A stretch of DNA of 64,000 nucleotides from Candidatus Poribacteria bacterium (lineage in GTDB: Bacteria; Poribacteria; WGA-4E; JAJDTR01): positions 2,283,337-2,347,336 of the forward strand of contig OZ244829.1 in assembly GCA_965220415.1 (NCBI GenBank), in the 5' to 3' direction. Positions 10,145 to 20,351 of this stretch are shown piece after piece. The position numbers were made by a program, and so were the translations under genes. The notes under the pieces are model-generated. The model was given only the letters and a program-made list of their open reading frames with translations, had not been told where the DNA came from and ran no database searches. Each line of letters starts with the position of its first letter. Position 1 is the first letter of the stretch.

Positions 10145-11380
10145 TCAACTCCGGACGTCAAAAAGTGTTTTCACCGTTCCTGAACGACCCGTGTGGAGTG
10201 CTGCCTCAATTGCGCCACGGTAATCTTGCAGCGAAAATCGATCTCCAATCAAGGGCAGTAGCTGTTTTCCCGTCTGTCCCAAAAGCTGAATTCCAAGTTC
10301 AAAAGTCCGTATTTGCCTGCCACCATAGTTTTCCACTCCGTATGTGTAAGCCCCGCTGACCTTCAGTTCCTTGTACCAGATTGATGTCCAATCGATATTT
10401 TTGGGGATAGCCGGCATTCCGACGAGAAGAACGCGCCCTTGTGCCCGGGTAAAGCGCAGAGCATCGTCAATCGTGGTGGCGGAGGCGACACAGTCGAATG
10501 TAACATCGGCGCCACCAAGCAGAACAGGTTTGCCCAGTTCCGGTTGATGAGCTTCCGCCCCTGTCAAGCGGCAGAAATTGGCGTAAAGATTTTTATCGTG
10601 TGGAACAATCTCGTCTGCGCCAAGTTCGCGTGCGAGTTTCTGTTGGTGTGGGTATTTGGCGACTATCAAGATCCGGTTCTTTTTTTCAAGTGCGCGGATG
10701 GCTGCCACCGTGAGCAATCCCATGGTCCCCGCGCCGATAATCAGGATTTCGGCGCTATCATCCAAGTCTGCTTCGAGGACGCCGTGCAGCGCACAAGCGA
10801 ACGGCTCGGCAAGCACTGCAATCTCATCGGACAATTCTGCCGGAACATGATGAAGTTGGTCTTGATGCGCGACAAAGTATTCGCTCCAGCCACCGCCCGT
10901 ATCTCGACAGTAACCGGTCTGGATTCCCGAGGAGATGTCTCCCTTCGTGATGTTTTCGCAGTTGGCAAACCGCCCGCGCTGACACTGGTAGCAAAACGGC
11001 TGAATCCCTCGGATGGCGCAGGATAACACGGGCTCAATGACAATTCGATCGCCGATGTCGTACCCCTCAACCTCGGCGCCGACCTCCGCGATCTCTCCAA
11101 CGACCTCGTGCCCCAACACAAATGGGGTTGAGGTGAAAGGTGAGAAGTATGGACTTCCTTTCGCGGTAATCGTCGCAAGATCGGAGCCGCAGATTCCGCT
11201 CAAGCATGTTTTAATCTTTACCCACTCTGCGCCGATTATTTGCGGCTCTTTTATTTCAGCCAGACGAATGCAGGAGACGCCAGAGGTGTACAATTCGCCG
11301 ATGTGTTTGCCCAGTAGTCGTACAGCCAAATACCGCGGGATGCTTTTGACGTATTGGATTGCCTGCATGATAGTTGCCAA
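10145..11380 (-). CDS. Zinc-dependent alcohol/polyol dehydrogenase (MDR family)
   Basis: GICGSD, GHEVVG, structural-Zn cysteines, GAGTMG Rossmann motif. Confidence 0.9.
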   Translation of the reverse strand: MATIMQAIQYVKSIPRYLAVRLLGKHIGELYTSGVSCIRLAEIKEPQIIGAEWVKIKTCLSGICGSDLATITAKGSPYFSPFTSTPFVLGHEVVGEIAEVGAEVEGYDIGDRIVIEPVLSCAIRGIQPFCYQCQRGRFANCENITKGDISSGIQTGYCRDTGGGWSEYFVAHQDQLHHVPAELSDEIAVLAEPFACALHGVLEADLDDSAEILIIGAGTMGLLTVAAIRALEKKNRILIVAKYPHQQKLARELGADEIVPHDKNLYANFCRLTGAEAHQPELGKPVLLGGADVTFDCVASATTIDDALRFTRAQGRVLLVGMPAIPKNIDWTSIWYKELKVSGAYTYGVENYGGRQIRTFELGIQLLGQTGKQLLPLIGDRFSLQDYRGAIEAALHTGRSGTVKTLFDVRS

Positions 11381-11457
11381 ACTTGTTGCGCGGAAAAATA
11401 TTACTAGCGCATCGTGATGGAACCGACTCCCCGTGCCTGGTAATTCATCGCCGTGTT

Positions 11458-12654
11458 TTAGGTGCCCTCTTCCTCTTGGTAATACCGCATCAGGATCTCG
11501 GCGACTTCCGGACGCGAAAATTCTTCGGGCAACTTCTCACCAGCCGCCAACATCTCCCTGACCTTTGTGCCTGACAGGAAGAGATAGTCCTCGGGCCCGT
11601 GCGGACAGTCGCGCATCATGACAATCTTGCCACACGTGTTGCTCCAGACGGTGTGGTCGCCGCGAAAGATTTCGATTTCAAGCGCATTTTCGGGGATCTC
11701 GTCAAAAATTGTCTGCGCGTCAAAGGGACCGTAGTAATCGCCAACACCCGCATGATCTCGCCCGACAATGAGGTCCGTGCAGCCGCAATTCTGGCGGAAT
11801 ACGGCGTGCAGCAGCGCCTCGCGCGGTCCGGCGTAAAGCATGTCGAAGCCGTACCCGGTGACGGAAACGGTGTTTTCGGGAAAATAGATTTCCACCATCT
11901 TCCGAATCGATGCATCGCGCACATGAGCCGGAATGTCCCCCTGTTTTAATTTGCCGAGCAGCATGTGAATCAGGATTCCGTCGGCGCCGACCGCCTTCTG
12001 GGCAATACGGCACAACTCTTCGTGCGCTCGGTGCATGGGGTTGCGCGTCTGAAAAGCGACAACCCTGTTCCATCCTCGCTTCGCTATGTCTTCACGAATC
12101 TCGGGGGCGGTCCGAAATGTATCGGCAAAATCGGACTTGAAATAAGAATAGCTGAGCACTTGGATTTGCCCCGATATTACTCGATCCCCCATAGCGCTGA
12201 AAGCGGCGACTCCCGGATGCTCCGGATCCGTCGTACGAAACGTATGTTCAATGAGCACCCCTTTTTGCGCATCGGTAAGGACTTCAACTTCGGAAACATC
12301 CATGATTGCAATAACAGGATAGCCATCCATGTTTGGATCCCGCAACGCAATCCGACTGGCATCCCCGACTGCCGTTGTAAGTTGGTCCGCCTTGACGATG
12401 TTCATAATTGGCACGGGCCAGAACAGCCCATCCATGGTCGTCATTTTCTCGGCGACGCTTATGGCGTCGGGGATGTTCATATACCCGGTAAGCGGATTAA
12501 AATAACCTGAACCGAGCATTACAGCGGATGATGCCGCGCCCGAGGATATGATGATACTCGGCATCTCTTGCGCCTCTTCCATTAGTTCCGCACGCCGGGC
12601 ATCATCCGCAACATAGAGCGGATTAAGTTTATCGGATCCATGTGGTGCAATCAT
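11458..12654 (-). CDS. sat: Sulfate adenylyltransferase
   Basis: VAFQTRNPMHRAHEEL, YAGPREA, GRDHAGVG, LSGTKVREML. Confidence 0.95.
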   Translation of the reverse strand: MIAPHGSDKLNPLYVADDARRAELMEEAQEMPSIIISSGAASSAVMLGSGYFNPLTGYMNIPDAISVAEKMTTMDGLFWPVPIMNIVKADQLTTAVGDASRIALRDPNMDGYPVIAIMDVSEVEVLTDAQKGVLIEHTFRTTDPEHPGVAAFSAMGDRVISGQIQVLSYSYFKSDFADTFRTAPEIREDIAKRGWNRVVAFQTRNPMHRAHEELCRIAQKAVGADGILIHMLLGKLKQGDIPAHVRDASIRKMVEIYFPENTVSVTGYGFDMLYAGPREALLHAVFRQNCGCTDLIVGRDHAGVGDYYGPFDAQTIFDEIPENALEIEIFRGDHTVWSNTCGKIVMMRDCPHGPEDYLFLSGTKVREMLAAGEKLPEEFSRPEVAEILMRYYQEEEGT

Positions 12655-12740
12655 TCAATTCTCCTTAAGCTTCGTCAACTTGTGAGCGGAATTGCTGTGC
12701 TCCAAGAATTTCCATAACGTGTCGATTTACATACTACTCT

Positions 12741-13403
12741 TCATAGCTTTCCTTTGAAATACAGGCAGTGCTCCGTCAAGGCGCACACATCGCACTTTGG
12801 TTTTCGGGCATTACAAATCTGTCGTCCAAACTGAATCAGGTTCATGTGGAAAGGGAATGCTCTTCCCCTGGGAACGATTTCTCCCATTAACTCGTGCGCT
12901 TTGTCCGCAGTGCAGGTTGGCGGGATGAACCCAAGTCGCTTGCTGATTCGCAACACATGGGTATCCACAGGGAACACGTCATGACCGCAAACAAAGGCGA
13001 GAGTCACGGAAGCCGTCTTGATGCCAATCCCCTTGTGTTGACAGAGGTATTGTCGGGCTGCTTCGGTCTCCATCTCGCAGACGAACTCCAAATCCAACTT
13101 CCCGCGTTCCGTCTTTAGCCACGTCAGAAAGTCCTTAATGGTGCGGCTTTTTTGCGTGTGCAGCCCCGCAATCTTGATAGTCTCGCCGATAGCTTGGACA
13201 TCGGCTTTGCATACATCTTCCCATGTGGGGAACCTATCCCTAAGAGCTGCATACCCCTTGTCACGGTTGACATCGTTCGTGTTTTGGGAGAGAACGGTGC
13301 GCATCAAACAATCCAAGACGTTGTCTTCGGCTTGGTCTTCATAGACGCCAAGCGCCTCTTCCAGTGTGTCGGCAACGAACTCTGTTTTCAGCTTAAGATT
13401 CAA
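12741..13403 (-). CDS. Endonuclease III-like HhH-GPD glycosylase
   Basis: LSQNT, HhH GIGIKTA, FPVDTH and a C-X6-C-X2-C-X5-C FeS motif. Confidence 0.9.
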   Translation of the reverse strand: MNLKLKTEFVADTLEEALGVYEDQAEDNVLDCLMRTVLSQNTNDVNRDKGYAALRDRFPTWEDVCKADVQAIGETIKIAGLHTQKSRTIKDFLTWLKTERGKLDLEFVCEMETEAARQYLCQHKGIGIKTASVTLAFVCGHDVFPVDTHVLRISKRLGFIPPTCTADKAHELMGEIVPRGRAFPFHMNLIQFGRQICNARKPKCDVCALTEHCLYFKGKL

Positions 13404-13462
13404 CGGTACCTCCGTATAAAATGATAGAGGTGTTCACACGCTAGTCCGTTGCTGTTTCTCTA

Positions 13463-14536
13463 TCATGTCTCGTAGAATTGCCGGTCGATTTCTTCGGTAG
13501 CGTCGTCGTCCATTGAAACGTCTAGCTTCTCGGCGCACTGACCAATCTGCCGGTATATTGTGTCCGGCAGGTCAATTCCGTGAACGAGACGATGAGTTCG
13601 GGTACGGTATTCGAAGTCACCAGGTACCAAGACCTCGTCAAATCCCGGCGCCGGTGGTGTCCGCTTCATTCCGTCGAGAAAGGCACGCACCCCCTGTTGG
13701 TATTCCTCCAGAGGGGTGTAAGACTCTATATTGATTGCCTGCATAAAGTATCCCTGCATCGATCCCCTCTCAATATTGAAGTTCCCGGACAAACCTCCGA
13801 GCATACAGACTAGCAACGACAGCGCGTATCCTTTGTGACTGCCGAACGGTAAGATGGAACCGCCGTCATAGAAATCCGCCGTTTTCACCGATGGGTTACC
13901 GTGTTTATCCAAGATGGAGCCTTCAGGCAGATCCGTACCCTTACTCTGCGCCACTTGGATCTTACCCTCGGCAATCATGCTCGTCGCGTAATCAATGATG
14001 AACGGTGAGTCATCGCCAGTCGGAACACCCACGGCGATGGGATTTGTACCGAGACCGCCCTCGGCACCGCCAAATGGGACGACCGCACCCGCCTGTCCAC
14101 AACCGCCGCCAGTCGTGGCAATCCCAATGCACCCCTCTCGAGCCGCAGCCTCCGCATATTCTCCCAATCGCCCAATATGGCCCGTACTGGCGAGGGTTAG
14201 GCCGCAAAGATTCGCCTTCTTCGCCTTGGCAATCGTCCACTTCATCGCCTGCCGTGCAGCGAAATGACCGAGGCAGCTTCCCCCATCCACTATCAACGTG
14301 GTATCGGTTTCTTTTATAATCAAAGGTTCGGCAGTAGGATTTAAACCACCACTTTCGATGCCTTGCAAATAACCGGGAATTCGGAGCACGCCGTGTGAGT
14401 CGTGTCCGGCGAGGTTGGCATTCACCAAGATTTCGGCCACGTCCTGAGCAATATGGAGCGGGGTGCCGGCAGAAACAAACAGCCGGCGAACAATCGAATG
14501 AAGATGACTGGCTTGAAGGTTCTGGCTCTCTGCCAT
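13463..14536 (-). CDS. Ldh_2-family oxidoreductase (malate/L-lactate/ureidoglycolate dehydrogenase type)
   Basis: GHDSHG, HIGRLG, GTNP and HKGYAL motifs. Confidence 0.9.
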   Translation of the reverse strand: MAESQNLQASHLHSIVRRLFVSAGTPLHIAQDVAEILVNANLAGHDSHGVLRIPGYLQGIESGGLNPTAEPLIIKETDTTLIVDGGSCLGHFAARQAMKWTIAKAKKANLCGLTLASTGHIGRLGEYAEAAAREGCIGIATTGGGCGQAGAVVPFGGAEGGLGTNPIAVGVPTGDDSPFIIDYATSMIAEGKIQVAQSKGTDLPEGSILDKHGNPSVKTADFYDGGSILPFGSHKGYALSLLVCMLGGLSGNFNIERGSMQGYFMQAINIESYTPLEEYQQGVRAFLDGMKRTPPAPGFDEVLVPGDFEYRTRTHRLVHGIDLPDTIYRQIGQCAEKLDVSMDDDATEEIDRQFYET

Positions 14537-14881
14537 AGTTGTTACTCCTTAACGTGGAGGTGGATTATTAGAACCGCCCGATTCCTCAAAAACAAGTTTT
14601 GGCATTGAAGCCATCTGCCGAAACGACTTGGAAGATTGAAAGAGCGGAAGTTTGGAGACCGTCTTCTGCGTCTCGGTTAAAATGTAAAGAATCTCCACCA
14701 TTGACGGAAACCGAGAAATGGCGATGGTACTAAAAGCATTGAGTATAACATAGGACAGCGCAAAACGGAAAGGATTTATGATTTCAAACCATGGGGATTG
14801 TCCTGTTTCGCCACGACTTTGGGCTTGACCGATTTCGGAAGGCTACGTATAATGCGACTGATTTCGAGGCGAAAATAGGAC

Positions 14882-15150
14882 GGCTCTTCAGAGTTAAGTG
14901 TGGAAAGTGAAATTAACTTAGGACTTACGCAGTCGAGCACTCAAATCCGTCCAATCCGGCAGTAGGGAATAACGATCGTTATTCCCTACAAAAGCCTTGT
15001 CGCAACATCAAATCATTGCCGAAATCATCAAAAGCGCATTGATTGGGGGCTCCAGAACCATATTGGGAACTAGTGCAATCAATTTGAACTCATAAGGCAA
15101 ACGCGTCTTCCCGTAGCAAGTTTCATTCCCACACTTAACCCTGAAGAACC
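14882..15150. mobile_element. ISL3-like MITE with ~30-bp TIRs and an 8-bp TSD
   Basis: ggctcttcagagttaagtgtggaaagtgaaa ... tttcattcccacacttaaccctgaagaacc, flanked by aataggac on both sides; contains REP gtagggaataacgatcgttattccctac. Confidence 0.8.
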
Positions 15151-15272
15151 AATAGGACTTACAGCGAAAGCAAAAGTTATCTTTAATCCGTAATTGAAAG
15201 ACCGATGTTTCAATCCCGAACTCGACCTGCTGATGGTTTAGTTTCATAGTGGGGGTGACATCCTGAACGGCA

Positions 15273-16103
15273 GTGGAGGAAAATGTGGTGGATTCGGAAT
15301 ACACGGAGCCTGTGGCACAACTATTAGCCTATGGAGATCCTCGCGGAGAAACGGAATGGCCGAATTATCTGTCACTTGGGTTCACGGAGGAACATGTCCC
15401 TGAACTCGTGAAAATGGTGCTCGACGATGAACTCAATCGAGGCAGCGGCGAGACCTTGAAAATCTGGGCTCCAGTGCACGCTTGGCGCACGCTGGCGCAA
15501 CTTCAAGCAGAAGATGCAATCGAGCCGTTGTTGGCGCTGTTTGATTTTGACGAAGATTTCGATGATGATTGGGCTATATCGGAGCTTCCGACTATTTACG
15601 GCATGATAGGGCAAAAAGCCGTTCCAGCGCTAGCAGGATATTTGGCTGACGCTTCTGCCGAACCCTTGTCTCTCTATTCGGTCGTAGACTGTATTAAAGA
15701 GATCGGTAAGACTCATCCGGATGCCAAGTTGGAGTGTGCTCAGGCGTTAAGCACACAACTAGAACAGTTCCATCACAATCCTACAGACTTGAACGGATTC
15801 TTGATCAGCGGTCTTGTCGGATTGCAAGCGGTAGATTTTCTGCCTTTGATGCGAGAAGCGTTCGATAGCGAGCGGGTCGATCTGTCGATAGCGGGAGATA
15901 TTGAAGATGTAGAGATTGAGTTGGGTTTGAGAAAAAAGCGTTCAACTCCTCGTCCGTCGCCATTTGGGGAGGGAGAGGAGTTTCCATTTATGTTTGAAAG
16001 CGCCGGTTCAAACCGGGAGCCGCAAACACCAAAGATTGGTAGAAATGATCCGTGCCCTTGCGGTAGCGGGCGGAAGTACAAGAAATGTTGTCTCAACAAA
16101 TGA
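15273..16103 (+). CDS. DUF1186-like HEAT-repeat protein with C-terminal SEC-C motif
   Basis: [13 protein letters not shown]; [20 protein letters not shown]. Confidence 0.85.
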   Translation: MEENVVDSEYTEPVAQLLAYGDPRGETEWPNYLSLGFTEEHVPELVKMVLDDELNRGSGETLKIWAPVHAWRTLAQLQAEDAIEPLLALFDFDEDFDDDWAISELPTIYGMIGQKAVPALAGYLADASAEPLSLYSVVDCIKEIGKTHPDAKLECAQALSTQLEQFHHNPTDLNGFLISGLVGLQAVDFLPLMREAFDSERVDLSIAGDIEDVEIELGLRKKRSTPRPSPFGEGEEFPFMFESAGSNREPQTPKIGRNDPCPCGSGRKYKKCCLNK

Positions 16104-16369
16104 ATAGTCGTACTGGAGGGACGCGCAAGTAGGTTTAAATAAGCACCAGCGGCAAGTCTTATTCGGGACATTCACGGCCGTAGTCGGATGAGCAACAGAT
16201 ACTATCCTTACATTTGGAGAATTGACTTCCTAGCCGCTGAAATTTGACTTGACTTTACGGTAGATTAATGTGTACCATTAACGTGTGCCTCCTATTCCAG
16301 AATATGTGGGCTCGTAACGTCGTTTACGGTTCCAACCACAAATACTTAATGAAAGCAGGAATATACCGA

Positions 16370-16720
16370 ATGTCGATGGTTTACCTTGAGGACATACTAA
16401 AAGTGGTTGACAACAAGTATTTGGCAGTGAACATGGCAGCTCAACGCGCCCGTCAATTGAATGAAAGGGAGTTTGCGCTTCTCAGTTCAACGACGCGAAA
16501 ACCGGCGTCAGTCGCCACATCGGAACTCATTGAAGGCAAGATCGGCTACAAAAATGCGGATTCATCTGCACAGGATTCCGATGAGTTGTTGATCTTCAGT
16601 ACCGATCCTAATGAGGCCGCGGAAAATGACGAAGATTTGACTGAGATCGCTCAGCCAGAGTATTACGCTGAAGAAACAGACGCGGTAGTAGATCCGGAGG
16701 AGCGTGAAGAGGGGCTTTAG
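16370..16720 (+). CDS. rpoZ: RNA polymerase omega subunit with acidic tail
   Basis: VDNKYLAVNMAAQRARQL...KPASVATSELIEGKI. Confidence 0.85.
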   Translation: MSMVYLEDILKVVDNKYLAVNMAAQRARQLNEREFALLSSTTRKPASVATSELIEGKIGYKNADSSAQDSDELLIFSTDPNEAAENDEDLTEIAQPEYYAEETDAVVDPEEREEGL

Positions 16721-16743
16721 GCATAGGATTCGATTACCAGATT

Positions 16744-16777
16744 AAAAAGCCCCGTGCATAAATGCACGGGGCTTTTC
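16744..16777 (+). terminator. Intrinsic terminator (possibly bidirectional)
   Basis: aaaaagccccgtgca-taaa-tgcacggggcttttc after rpoZ. Confidence 0.85.
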
Positions 16778-16931
16778 TGTTTTTCCAATATTCAGGATGC
16801 CTCAATAAACCACAAACTCATCGCCAATACGGAATCCACCAATTTGGTTAAAGATTGGAGGGATGGAAAATCCTCTTCCACTCCACGTTAATACCATTTC
16901 AAAATCTAAATGTTACAGTTGATTCGAGACG

Positions 16932-16967
16932 ATCAAGGAAGCGGGTAGCGACCGCGATAGAGATCTT
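16932..16967 (+). mobile_element. 36-nt hairpin element
   Basis: atcaa-gg-aa-gc-gggta-gc-ga-cc-gcgatagagatctt. Confidence 0.75.
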
Positions 16968-17020
16968 CAATGAATTGCACTACTACGAACCCTCGGTTTT
17001 GTAACTTATGGATTACGAAT

Positions 17021-17219
17021 TATACTCCGCACTGTCAGAAATTGCGTCTTCTGTAGGATCAAACGAGCGTATAGCGAGTGCGATAGAGATCCCGCGATCT
17101 CCAGGTCGCGACCCTTGTACGAAGGAACTCCGATTCCCGACCTGATGGTGCTACATAAGTCCTATTAGAAACAATTATCACTGGAAAAGAAAGCGCAATA
17201 ATACCCAACGCAGAGTATA
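17021..17219 (+). mobile_element. TA-flanked MITE family A (IS630-like), copy 1, carrying a 36-nt element at 17058-17093
   Basis: TA-TACTCCG...CAGAGTA-TA; near-identical to copies at 24130, 35818, 43311 and 53340. Confidence 0.88.
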
Positions 17220-17232
17220 AGAAATAAAATTT

Positions 17233-17619
17233 CTATCTTTCCAGCAGTTCAACTTCATAACCATCCGGATCGGTGATAAACGCCATCTTCATTCCACCCG
17301 AAGTAAATTGTTCACGCCAGCCATCGGGCCAAATTTCAAGCCCCGCCTTTTCCAATTTGTCGCAGAACGCCACGAGGTCCGGAACACCGATGGCAAAGTG
17401 CATTAAATCCTCCGGAACATTGAGGTCGTAATCGGAGGAATAGGTAAACTCAAGCGTGTGCAGGTTCCCAGGTAATTCCATGTGCACAATCTGGTTGCCA
17501 GCAGGCGACTTGTCGCTCCGGCTTTTCACCACGAAGCCGAGGTGGTCGGCGTACCATTGGATTGACTGATCCAAATCACTCACACGGACACGAGTGTGTA
17601 GAAATTCTGCCATTTTCAT
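17233..17619 (-). CDS. VOC/glyoxalase family protein
   Basis: FLHTRVRVSDL, HFAIGV, FITDPDGYEVEL. Confidence 0.9.
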   Translation of the reverse strand: MKMAEFLHTRVRVSDLDQSIQWYADHLGFVVKSRSDKSPAGNQIVHMELPGNLHTLEFTYSSDYDLNVPEDLMHFAIGVPDLVAFCDKLEKAGLEIWPDGWREQFTSGGMKMAFITDPDGYEVELLER

Positions 17620-17792
17620 CTCCTTGTATTAACTGGTTTGTGCCAAAATCGGTTTAGTAAGTTGCGCATTGAAGTCAATCTTTCTCACCAAGAAGAATGG
17701 GGGGAAAGTTCCAAGATTCCAAAGTTGGGATGACTAGAAGCTATCGGATTACACTTTTTCAACTCAACCGTCGGACTGAAGATCGGTATTAC

Positions 17793-20030
17793 TCAGAAAC
17801 GCCGCACCAATTCGAGGCTCCAATATCGCGGTTCATTGACATAGCCTGTCAGATTGTTGAAATCAATGCCCCCGGTGGGAGACGTATCGTTGAGGATGTT
17901 GCGCATTGAAAGCGCTACCTCTACGTCGTCATTCGGCAATAAATAGCTCAGTCGAACACCACCCTCCAGAAGCCAATCGTCGGCGTATTCCACGGAGTCG
18001 TAGAGGAAGAACCACACTCGGCTTCGGTAAGCCCAGTCCGTAGACGCGATGAGATGCGCCCCGGCGGGAAGCGCCATAATATAGCGCGCAGTTACATCTG
18101 CAATCCACCCCGGCGCTTGCGGCAGACTGTTACCGTCAATAGAAAAAGTTCCCGCTGTGGCGGAAGTGGGCGGGTCAAGAACCGTGCACGGTGCACCGCA
18201 GCCCTGCACCGCCAAATGCGAATCGTCAATACGCGTTCGATTGTAACTGATTCCCGCTGAAACCTCGAATGACGTAATTGGTAAGAGGGTAAATTCCGCT
18301 TCAATCCCGCGTCCAATCGTACTCTCCGCGTTCACTAACCGATTGAAATTTGTTTCGCCGCCCACCGCGGTGAGTTGTTGATCCTGCATAAAGTATTGGA
18401 ACGCCGCCATATTCAGGTGCAAACGTTGTCCCCACAGCCGTAATTTCGTGCCTCCCTCAACCGAAAGGATGGTCTCCGTGTCCGCCAACGTGACCGCGTC
18501 GCCAAACAGCAAGCGCCCCTGAATGCTGGGTGTCCGGAATCCTCGCGCCGCGCGCAAATACGTCTGTACTCCGGGCGCCGCACGATAGCGCAGACTCAAA
18601 TCGCCGCTCCATACCGTATCTTGAGGGTTCTGATGAATGGGACCTAGTGGACCTGCGCCCGTTACAGCAGGCGCTGCGTCTCGCCATGCCGTATACTCCT
18701 TTGCGTCATCAGAAAATCGTAGCCCCGCACTCAACTCCAAATCGTCAAGCCACTCGAACGTCATCGCCCCAAATGCCGCCCGTGCGGTAGCTGTCTGTTC
18801 TTGGCGTACCATCCCGTCCAAGGTACCTCCAGCCAAGGTATTGTAGTTAAAATCCTCCATTTCCACGAACTCTCGGAAATAATACAACCCGAGTTGATAG
18901 GCAAGACGGGATGCTCCCGTACTCATCAGGCGGACTTCTTGGCTAAATTGGCGCAGCGTGGGAATGCCGGACGCGGTTTCAGACGGAAAGGGAATCTCGC
19001 CGGGGCCACTGGGCTGACTAAACACAGCACCGTAGCCGCCGTCAATGTCTCCACGCGAAAAAGTGGTGAGCCGCTCCAGTCCCGTCAACGAAACCAGTTG
19101 GAAGTTCCCGATGTCGTACCGCACCTCAACTGCCAAACCGTGCGTTCTCAGCGTTTGCTCATTGCGTCCGTCGTGTGCGATGCTGTTACGGGCAAAGTCC
19201 TGAACCAGATCGCCCTCATCTTGCAACAGGATATTGGCACGAAACAGGCGTGCGGTGCCGTCAAGATCGCGAGCATGGAGCTTGAACCATGACTCCAGCT
19301 CAGGCATAGGTGTCCACAGCAATTGTAGGCGTCCAGCCAGGTCGCGATGTCCTCCCAGGACATTTGCTTCTCCCGTATGCTCGTTATCCACCCAGTCTCC
19401 CCGCCGCTGGGTGAGCAGCGAAAGCCGCGCGGAAAGCGCAGATGGGATAACCTGACCCGATACGGCTCCTTCAAAATTAACGCTGTTGAACCGCCCATAA
19501 CTCAGGCGTCCGTATCCCTCTAAGTTCTGGGTGGGACGCGCCGACTCAATCTTTACGGTGCCCGCGGGCGTGTTGCGTCCAAAAAGCGTGCCTTGCGGTC
19601 CTCGCAGCACCTCAATGCGATCCACGTCGAAGGCGGGAAATCCTTTCAACAAGGCGTTTTCTAGCACAACTCCGTCGTGGAGAACCGAAACCGGTTGCGA
19701 AGCGTTGAGGTCAAAGTCCGTATTGCCGAGACCGCGGATATAAAAGCGTGGAAAGACACGTCCAAACGACGATTCCATTTGAAAACTAGGTGTGCGGTTT
19801 GACAAAAAACGGACATCCATGCCCGATGAGCGCAAGGCGTCGAATTTTTCGCCTCGGACGGTGGAAACGGAGAGCGGCACCTCAAAAGACCGCTGTTCCC
19901 GCTTTCGGGCGGTAACCACGACCTCTTCCATCACAATACTCTCTTCTGCTTGCTCGTCAGCAACGACTGCTAAAGACATCGACAGTGTTATTGAGAAAGC
20001 GAGAACACACAACTGCTTAGCAAGGTTCAT
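17793..20030 (-). CDS. TonB-dependent receptor
   Basis: Signal peptide, EEVVVTARKRE TonB box, IEVLRGPQGTLFGRN plug motif, C-terminal F. Confidence 0.93.
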   Translation of the reverse strand: MNLAKQLCVLAFSITLSMSLAVVADEQAEESIVMEEVVVTARKREQRSFEVPLSVSTVRGEKFDALRSSGMDVRFLSNRTPSFQMESSFGRVFPRFYIRGLGNTDFDLNASQPVSVLHDGVVLENALLKGFPAFDVDRIEVLRGPQGTLFGRNTPAGTVKIESARPTQNLEGYGRLSYGRFNSVNFEGAVSGQVIPSALSARLSLLTQRRGDWVDNEHTGEANVLGGHRDLAGRLQLLWTPMPELESWFKLHARDLDGTARLFRANILLQDEGDLVQDFARNSIAHDGRNEQTLRTHGLAVEVRYDIGNFQLVSLTGLERLTTFSRGDIDGGYGAVFSQPSGPGEIPFPSETASGIPTLRQFSQEVRLMSTGASRLAYQLGLYYFREFVEMEDFNYNTLAGGTLDGMVRQEQTATARAAFGAMTFEWLDDLELSAGLRFSDDAKEYTAWRDAAPAVTGAGPLGPIHQNPQDTVWSGDLSLRYRAAPGVQTYLRAARGFRTPSIQGRLLFGDAVTLADTETILSVEGGTKLRLWGQRLHLNMAAFQYFMQDQQLTAVGGETNFNRLVNAESTIGRGIEAEFTLLPITSFEVSAGISYNRTRIDDSHLAVQGCGAPCTVLDPPTSATAGTFSIDGNSLPQAPGWIADVTARYIMALPAGAHLIASTDWAYRSRVWFFLYDSVEYADDWLLEGGVRLSYLLPNDDVEVALSMRNILNDTSPTGGIDFNNLTGYVNEPRYWSLELVRRF

Positions 20031-20351
20031 ATTTTCTGTCCAAAAAATTCGAAAAGATTTTGCGTAAAATAATTTAATTGTAGAGGAAAACCCCAAATCC
20101 AAGATTCAGTATACGATTGACATTATACCATATTCTGGCAACTCTATTCCGAAAAATCAAATGGATTCCGCTGCAATTTTCTGTGGATTTGCCATCATAG
20201 GATTTTTTGTCGTGATGCGTAGATTTCCCGCCCTAGCTTCGCGTCTCACCATCATCTCTAGCCACTGTTTTCACCTTGACATCCACCCCAGTTCATGATA
20301 CTTTTTTGGGGTGTTGACAACCGAAGAATGACAACATCGTTTAGGTACACT

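Noticed and set aside
11458-12654. Dissimilatory sulfur metabolism inferred from sat
   Set aside because: No aprAB, qmo or dsr genes nearby; sat alone does not indicate pathway direction
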